A DNA stretch of 64,000 nt, from assembly GCA_947084835.1 (NCBI GenBank), contig CAMTUB010000014.1, positions 72,924-136,923 on the forward strand, given 5' to 3'. Under the pieces are notes generated by a model. It ran no database searches. It saw nothing but the letters and a program-made list of their open reading frames with translations, and was not told the DNA's origin. Shown in pieces: positions 58,252-64,000 of the stretch. How positions within the stretch are numbered: position 1 is the stretch's first letter; each line of letters begins with the position of its first letter. A program made the position numbers and the translations under genes. The DNA comes from an uncultured Bacteroidota bacterium (GTDB lineage Bacteria; Bacteroidota; Bacteroidia; UBA7662; CAMTUB01).

Positions 58252-59505
58252 ATGAAAGTGTTTTTAAAACTGTTTTTAGAGAGTATTGTGTTTGCATTTC
58301 AGGCACTTTGGTCTAATCGTTTGCGATCAATTCTTTCATTACTAGGCATTACCATTGGTATTTTTGCCGTTATTGCCGTTTTTACATTTACTGATTCATT
58401 CGAATACCGCATTCGAAACAGCATAGAAAAACTTGGAAAAGATGTCGTTTTTATTCAAAAATGGCCTTGGTCTTTTGAAGACAATTACCCTTGGTGGAAA
58501 TATCTGTCGCGTCCCGTTCCAAGTTATCATGAATACGAATACATCAAAAAATATTCTAAATTAACGGAGAATGCCTGTTTTATAGCAGTTGCTTCTGGTC
58601 AAACCCTGAAGTTTGAAGATAAATCGTTACAAAATTCTCAAATAAATGGGGTTTCTTTTGAGCACGACAAATTAAGAGATTTTGAAATAGAGTATGGACG
58701 TAATCTCAGCTTTCAAGAAATGGAAAACGGGGAGCGTTCTTGCCTAATTGGATCTGATATTGCAGAAAACTTATTAGGAATTGCTAATCCCGTAGGCCTA
58801 TATATAAAAATGTTAGGTGCAAAAGTTAAAATAGTTGGCGTTTTTAAAAAAGAAGGAAATTCACCTATTAATGATAGTGTAGACGATGATATAGTTGTAC
58901 CTGTGAACTTTTTGAGAAATAAGTTAAATATTAATTCTGAACGAGGAGGTAATCCATACATTATGGTTAAACCCAAGGTTGGAGTTAAAATTGAAGACTT
59001 AAAAGAGGAGTTAAGGGGTGTATTACGAGCATCACGCAAAATTCAACCACTTAAAGAAGATACATTTGCGCTTAATCAAATTAGCTTAATTGCCAATCAA
59101 ATTCAATCGCTTTTTGGGGTAGTAACTATGGTAGGATGGTTGATTGGAGGGTTTTCTATTTTAGTAGGCGGGTTCGGAATTGCAAATATCATGTTTGTTT
59201 CTGTGCGAGAAAGGACATCGCTAATTGGAATTCAGAAGGCTTTAGGTGCTAAAAACTATTTTATTTTATTGCAGTTTTTAATAGAATCTGTAGTCCTCAG
59301 TTTATTCGGTGGTTTATTTGGCCTGATTTTAGTTTATTTAGGAACCGTTATTGGGAACAATTTATTTAATTTGGAGATATTTTTATCGTTTAGTAATATT
59401 GTTTTAGGTCTCTCTGTGTCGGCAACAATTGGAATATTGGCTGGACTTATCCCTGCCATTTCAGCATCCCGAATGAATCCGGTAGATGCAATTCGGCATT
59501 CCTAA
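58252..59505 (+). CDS. ABC transporter permease (MacB/FtsX-like)
   Basis: 417 aa. N-terminal TM, a MacB_PCD-like periplasmic domain, and a C-terminal FtsX 3-TM bundle (SVRERTSLIGIQKALGA). Confidence 0.85.
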   Translation: MKVFLKLFLESIVFAFQALWSNRLRSILSLLGITIGIFAVIAVFTFTDSFEYRIRNSIEKLGKDVVFIQKWPWSFEDNYPWWKYLSRPVPSYHEYEYIKKYSKLTENACFIAVASGQTLKFEDKSLQNSQINGVSFEHDKLRDFEIEYGRNLSFQEMENGERSCLIGSDIAENLLGIANPVGLYIKMLGAKVKIVGVFKKEGNSPINDSVDDDIVVPVNFLRNKLNINSERGGNPYIMVKPKVGVKIEDLKEELRGVLRASRKIQPLKEDTFALNQISLIANQIQSLFGVVTMVGWLIGGFSILVGGFGIANIMFVSVRERTSLIGIQKALGAKNYFILLQFLIESVVLSLFGGLFGLILVYLGTVIGNNLFNLEIFLSFSNIVLGLSVSATIGILAGLIPAISASRMNPVDAIRHS

Positions 59506-59837
59506 AGTTTCTCGCTTAATTCAACCAAAAATGCCCTTAGCTTGAGTAACAAATCTTTTGTTGAGTTGTCATTTTGTGCTTTTCCAACATTGGTTTTTAG
59601 ATGCTCTTTTGCGCCTTTCAAAGTATACCCTTGTTCTTTTACCAAATGATAAATTAATTTGATATTCTCGATATCTTTTTGAGTAAAAAGGCGGTCTCCT
59701 TTTCTGTTTTTCTTTGGCTGAATAATATCAAATTCAGTTTCCCAAAAACGAATTAAAGAGGTTGAAACTTCAAACATCTCGGCTACTTCACCGATTGAAT
59801 AATAAGATTTTGTTATTACGTAAGGTTTGTACGGCAT
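59502..59837 (-). CDS. MerR family transcriptional regulator
   Basis: YYSIGEVAEMFEVSTSLIRFWETEF is the HTH_MerR motif. Confidence 0.8.
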   Translation of the reverse strand: MPYKPYVITKSYYSIGEVAEMFEVSTSLIRFWETEFDIIQPKKNRKGDRLFTQKDIENIKLIYHLVKEQGYTLKGAKEHLKTNVGKAQNDNSTKDLLLKLRAFLVELSEKL

Positions 59838-59838
59838 A

Positions 59839-60807
59839 TTAATCGAATGATTGGGTTAAATTCTCAGCATTTTTTAACATTTGTTCGTATTCTGCTGGAG
59901 TAATATCGTTATAAAAAAAGTTAACAGGATTTATTTTAGTACCATTTTTTATTACTTCATAATGCAAGTGAGGCGCAGTAGATTTGCCAGTACTTCCTAC
60001 ATATCCTATGATTTCTCCTCTTTTTACGCGTTGACCTGGCCTGCACTTAATTTTTGACATATGGCCATAAAGGGTTTGATAACTAAAACCATGATTAATT
60101 ATAACATGATTTCCATAGCCATGGTCAAAAGCAGCGTAGCTTACAACACCATCACCAGAAGCATGTATTTCTTTGCCAGTGTTTGCAGTGAAATCCAAGC
60201 CGGTATGCATTTTTATGGTTTTGTAAATGGGGTCGATTCTTGATCCAAATCCTGATGCAAATGCAATTTGATCTTTAGCAGAAAGAGGCCTTATAGCTGG
60301 AATTGAGGCCAACATTTTTTGTTTGTCTTTTGCTAATCTAGTAACTTCATCAAAAGAACGACTTTGAATATAAAGGCGTTTGATTACTTTATCAATTTTT
60401 TCGGTGGATTGAGCAATTGTTTCTGAATTATCAAACCGATTAGCTTCGTTATTTTTATGCCTGAATCTACGTTCCTGATTTCGAAGGGATACATCAATTG
60501 GTTCAGCTTCAAAAATAACTCGATAAATGTTATCGTCTCGATCTTGAATGTCTTCTAGTGCTTTACCTACTAAATCAAGGTTTTCGTTTAACTGCTCGTA
60601 TTTCTGATTCATATTCTCTATTTCCGCTTTAAGTTGCTTTTCTTTTGGAGAATCGAGATAGGTATAAGCAAACACAATAATTAAAAATGCAAAAATGGAA
60701 GTAGCGGCAATAAAGCCAAAAAAACGCAACATTCTCTGCCCAAAACTTACTTTTGCTTTCTCAAAAGTTAATTTATTTGGGTTGAAATGATAACGTATCT
60801 GCGCCAT
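59839..60807 (-). CDS. M23 family metallopeptidase (membrane-anchored, coiled-coil N-terminal region)
   Basis: HTGLDF ... GSTGKSTAPHLHYEV, the M23 zinc motifs. Confidence 0.85.
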   Translation of the reverse strand: MAQIRYHFNPNKLTFEKAKVSFGQRMLRFFGFIAATSIFAFLIIVFAYTYLDSPKEKQLKAEIENMNQKYEQLNENLDLVGKALEDIQDRDDNIYRVIFEAEPIDVSLRNQERRFRHKNNEANRFDNSETIAQSTEKIDKVIKRLYIQSRSFDEVTRLAKDKQKMLASIPAIRPLSAKDQIAFASGFGSRIDPIYKTIKMHTGLDFTANTGKEIHASGDGVVSYAAFDHGYGNHVIINHGFSYQTLYGHMSKIKCRPGQRVKRGEIIGYVGSTGKSTAPHLHYEVIKNGTKINPVNFFYNDITPAEYEQMLKNAENLTQSFD

Positions 60808-60913
60808 ACCGACTTATTGATTATTTTTGAGCAAATTTAAGAGGTATTTTTTATAATATCCTTATTAAATAGGATTAAATAACAAGGCTTTAATATAAGT
60901 GAATCAGGTAATT

Positions 60914-63550
60914 ATGACATCTAGTGAAATCAGAAAGAAATTTCTTGAATTTTTTGCAAATAAGCAGCATCATATTGCGAATGCAGCACCATTAGTTATA
61001 AAAAACGACCCAACGTTGATGTTTACTAACGCTGGAATGAATCAATTTAAAGAATTATTTTTAGGAAACCAGTCGGCAGTTTATCCAAGAATAGTAGATA
61101 CGCAACCATGTTTACGTGTTTCTGGAAAGCATAATGACTTAGAAGATGTTGGAAAAGACACCTATCATCATACCTTATTTGAGATGTTAGGAAATTGGTC
61201 TTTTGGCGATTATTTTAAAAAAGAAGCTATTCTTTGGGCTTGGGAGCTCCTAACAGATGTTTATAATATTCCGAAAGATAGAATTTACGTTACAGTTTTT
61301 GGTGGTGATGCTTCTGATAAACTTTCTTCGGATGAAGAAGCTCGAACTCTTTGGAAATCGGTAATTGATCCAAATAGAATCATCGATGGTTCTAAAAAAG
61401 ATAATTTCTGGGAAATGGGCGATACAGGACCTTGTGGGCCATGTACCGAAATTCATATTGATTTAAGACCAGATTCAGAAAGAAATTCAGTTGATGGGAA
61501 AACTTTAGTAAACAACGATCATCCTCAAGTTATTGAAGTATGGAACGTTGTTTTTATGGAGTTTAACCGCATGGCAAATGGTAGCTTGATTTCTTTGCCA
61601 GCAAAACATGTGGATACTGGAATGGGTTTTGAGCGTTTATGTATGGCGCTTCAAGGCAAAACTTCGAATTATGATACAGATGTGTTTAAGCCATTACTTG
61701 ATAACTTGGAATCAATTTGCGGCAAAAAATACGGAGAAAACGAAAAAACAGACATTGCTTTTAGGGTAATTGTTGATCATATTAGAGCAGTTACATTTAT
61801 CATTGCCGATGGTCAATTACCATCGAATAACAAAGCAGGTTATGTTGCACGCAGAATTTTGCGCAGGGCAGTTCGTTATGGTTATACTTATTTAGGATTA
61901 GAAAATCCATTTTTATACCGCTTAGTTTCCGTATTATCTAAACAGTTCGCAGAGGTTTTTCCGCATATCGAAAAACAAGAGAATTTTATAGTTAGAATCA
62001 TTTTAGAAGAAGAGCAGTCATTTTTGAGAACCCTATCATTTGGGCTTAAGAAAATGGATTCTACAATGGATCAGTTGCGCAAAGCCAACACATTAATTAT
62101 TCCTGGAGAAGTTGCATTTGAATTGTTCGATACATTTGGATTTCCTTACGATTTAATAAATTTAATTGCTTCTGAAAATGGATTTTCGGTGGATGAAAAT
62201 GGTTATAAAGAAGCTTTACTAGTTCAGAAAACCCGTTCAAGAGCCGATTCAGCAGTTGAAGCAGGCGATTGGGTTAATGTTTCTGACGATAATGAACCCG
62301 TGAAATTTGTGGGTTACGATATTTTAGAAACTACTGTTGAGATTCAGCGATATAGAAAAGTAAAAGCAAAAGGGAAAGAAGTTTTTCACCTTGTTTTTAC
62401 TCCAACTCCATTTTATGCAGAAAGCGGTGGGCAAGTTGGCGATAAAGGAATAATTAAATCAGAAAATGAAGTCATTAAAGTGCTTGATACTTTAAAAGAA
62501 AATAATCTAATTATTCATGTAACTGATACATTACCAGTTAGTTTATCCGATTCATTTATAGCTATTGTTGAAAAGGATAGCCGTGTAAGAACTCAAAAAA
62601 ACCACAGTGCAACGCATTTAATGCATGCAGCATTACGCCAAGTTTTAGGTACGCACGTTGAGCAAAAAGGCTCATTTGTTTCACCAGATCAATTGCGTTT
62701 CGATTTCTCGCATTTTTCCAAAATTACCGATGAGGAAATGATTGAAATAGAACAAATTGTTAACGTGAAAATCAGAGAAGGCATTGCCTTAAATGAACAA
62801 CGTGAAGTCCCGATTGAAGAGGCAAAAGCATTAGGTGCTATGGCTTTATTTGGTGAAAAATATGGCGATACTGTTCGCATGATTACTTTTGATGAAAACT
62901 TTTCTAGAGAGCTTTGTGGTGGAACCCATGTTAAAAACACCCAAGAAATAGGATATTTTAAACTTGTTTCAGAAGGGTCAATTAGCAGTGGTATTAGAAG
63001 AATTGAAGCGCTTTCTGGCGAATCTGCTTTTGACTTTGTAAGCCTAGAGCTACAAGGGTTAAAAGAAGTACGTGAAACGTTAAAAGCTTCTAAAAATTTA
63101 TCAACAACAATACAACGATTATTGGATGATAACCAACGATTATCAAAAGAGTTGGAGCAACTGCACCAACAGAATCTTAGTTTGTTGATTCCTGGCCTGA
63201 AATCAAAGTTTAATTCTATCAATGGGATGAATTTACTTGTCGAAAAAGTTGATGTAAATTCTGCAGATCATTTAAAAAAGTTATCCTCTGAATTGAGAAA
63301 GGTAACTGAAAATGCGGTTGTCGTTTTAGCATCTAATATCGAAGGAAAAGTTGCAGTGTTAATTCAATGCGATGAGGAACTTGCAAAAGCAAAAGGAATT
63401 AATGCGGCACAATTAATAAAAAGCAATTCATCCTTGATTCAAGGTGGAGGCGGTGGACAAGCATTTTTAGCAACTGCTGGCGGAACAAATGTAACTGGAA
63501 TTGACGCTTTTTTAAGCGCAGTTTCTCAAACCTTTAAAAATATAGCATAG
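60914..63550 (+). CDS. alaS: Alanine--tRNA ligase
   Basis: MTSSEIRKKFLEFF...FTNAGMNQFK...WNVVFMEFNR...HSATHLMH. ATG 60914 is preferred over GTG 60899. Confidence 0.95.
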   Translation: MTSSEIRKKFLEFFANKQHHIANAAPLVIKNDPTLMFTNAGMNQFKELFLGNQSAVYPRIVDTQPCLRVSGKHNDLEDVGKDTYHHTLFEMLGNWSFGDYFKKEAILWAWELLTDVYNIPKDRIYVTVFGGDASDKLSSDEEARTLWKSVIDPNRIIDGSKKDNFWEMGDTGPCGPCTEIHIDLRPDSERNSVDGKTLVNNDHPQVIEVWNVVFMEFNRMANGSLISLPAKHVDTGMGFERLCMALQGKTSNYDTDVFKPLLDNLESICGKKYGENEKTDIAFRVIVDHIRAVTFIIADGQLPSNNKAGYVARRILRRAVRYGYTYLGLENPFLYRLVSVLSKQFAEVFPHIEKQENFIVRIILEEEQSFLRTLSFGLKKMDSTMDQLRKANTLIIPGEVAFELFDTFGFPYDLINLIASENGFSVDENGYKEALLVQKTRSRADSAVEAGDWVNVSDDNEPVKFVGYDILETTVEIQRYRKVKAKGKEVFHLVFTPTPFYAESGGQVGDKGIIKSENEVIKVLDTLKENNLIIHVTDTLPVSLSDSFIAIVEKDSRVRTQKNHSATHLMHAALRQVLGTHVEQKGSFVSPDQLRFDFSHFSKITDEEMIEIEQIVNVKIREGIALNEQREVPIEEAKALGAMALFGEKYGDTVRMITFDENFSRELCGGTHVKNTQEIGYFKLVSEGSISSGIRRIEALSGESAFDFVSLELQGLKEVRETLKASKNLSTTIQRLLDDNQRLSKELEQLHQQNLSLLIPGLKSKFNSINGMNLLVEKVDVNSADHLKKLSSELRKVTENAVVVLASNIEGKVAVLIQCDEELAKAKGINAAQLIKSNSSLIQGGGGGQAFLATAGGTNVTGIDAFLSAVSQTFKNIA

Positions 63551-63554
63551 TATA

Positions 63555-64000
63555 ATGGCTTTAAATACAGAAGATTACGAGTTAGTAGTTGGACTAGAAG
63601 TTCATATTCAATTATTAACTAAAAGCAAAGCTTATTCTGGCGATTCTACCTTGTATGGCGAAGAGCCAAACACGTTGGTAAGCGTAGTGTCTTTAGGTCA
63701 CCCGGGAGCATTACCCTACTTTAACGAAAAGGTGTTAGAATACGCAATTATGCTAGGACATGCCTTGCATTGCGATATCCGAAAAGTCAATGAATTTGCG
63801 CGTAAAAACTATTTTTATGCCGATTTGCCAAAAGGATATCAAATAACACAACATCTAACTCCTATTTGTACCCATGGATTTGTGATGATTAAAAATGGTA
63901 CTGAAGATTACAAGAGAATTAATCTTACCCGAATACATATGGAAGAAGATGCAGGCAAAAGCATGCACGATCAAGATATGTACGATACCCTGGTAGATTA
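63555..64000 (+). CDS. gatB: Asp-tRNA(Asn)/Glu-tRNA(Gln) amidotransferase subunit B, N-terminal part; runs off the window
   Basis: Not in the ORF track. Manual translation from ATG 63555 gives MALNTEDYELVVGLEVHIQLLTKSKAYS...ARKNYFYADLPKGYQITQ. Confidence 0.9.
   Translation, partial: MALNTEDYELVVGLEVHIQLLTKSKAYSGDSTLYGEEPNTLVSVVSLGHPGALPYFNEKVLEYAIMLGHALHCDIRKVNEFARKNYFYADLPKGYQITQHLTPICTHGFVMIKNGTEDYKRINLTRIHMEEDAGKSMHDQDMYDTLVD

Noticed and set aside
58713-59039. 108-aa ORF antisense inside the FtsX-type permease gene
   Set aside because: It is embedded antisense in a well-supported gene and has Ser/Thr/Pro/Leu-rich nonsense-like composition.
62689-63222. 177-aa ORF antisense inside alaS
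   Set aside because: It is fully embedded in a highly conserved essential gene on the opposite strand and has no motifs. Long antisense ORFs of this kind are typical in AT-rich DNA.
1-64000. Search for CRISPR arrays, tRNA or rRNA genes, transposases or integrases, prophage genes or defence-system genes
   Set aside because: I saw no regularly spaced direct repeats, no tRNA-like or rRNA-like GC-rich islands other than the SRP RNA, and no ORF with recombinase, nuclease-helicase or toxin-antitoxin hallmarks. A by-eye scan cannot exclude small or degenerate elements.

Overview
This is an AT-rich, densely packed chromosomal segment of Bacteroidota type. The taxonomic call rests on several signals. 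Both T9SS sorting-domain classes are present: a type B 'gliding motility-associated' CTD and a type A Por_Secre_tail. TAnnTTTG -7 promoter boxes occur upstream of genes. There is a CarboxypepD_reg-type TonB receptor plus GH3, DUF349 and DUF2795 genes. I support about 57 protein genes (two truncated at the window edges), one frameshifted pseudogene, one ncRNA (SRP RNA, absent from the ORF track) and several intrinsic terminators.

Most of the content is housekeeping:
- Translation and tRNA: alaS, gatB, gatC, dtd, queA, TrmN6.
- Envelope: mtgA, LD-carboxypeptidase, M23 peptidase, plsC, ispD.
- Polyphosphate: sixA-like, ppk1, ppx.
- Polyamines: carboxynorspermidine dehydrogenase and decarboxylase.
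- Acyl-CoA and amino-acid catabolism: carboxyltransferase beta subunit, HMG-CoA lyase, enoyl-CoA hydratase, pruA, a 2-oxoacid dehydrogenase E2.
- Transport: MsbA-like and MacB-like ABC components, MATE, ZIP.

Two giant modular T9SS cargo genes (5.6 kb and 6.2 kb) dominate the middle of the window. I found no rRNA, tRNA, CRISPR array, transposase or integrase, and no recognisable defence or toxin genes.

I cannot point to a clear-cut novel system. The best candidates for a second look are:
- an LtaS-like and DgkB-like lipid kinase pair coupled by an ATGA overlap (1..2197);
- a four-gene sensory module with a stand-alone 7TM protein coupled to an input-less histidine kinase (22132..24578);
- a sixA-ppk1-ppx string continuing without gaps into a peptidase and a TonB receptor;
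- a PspC / toastrack / VOC / thioredoxin-fold operon (46891..49174);
- the repeat architecture of the two giant cargo proteins.

All functional calls come from motif recognition by eye and need HMM or BLAST confirmation.
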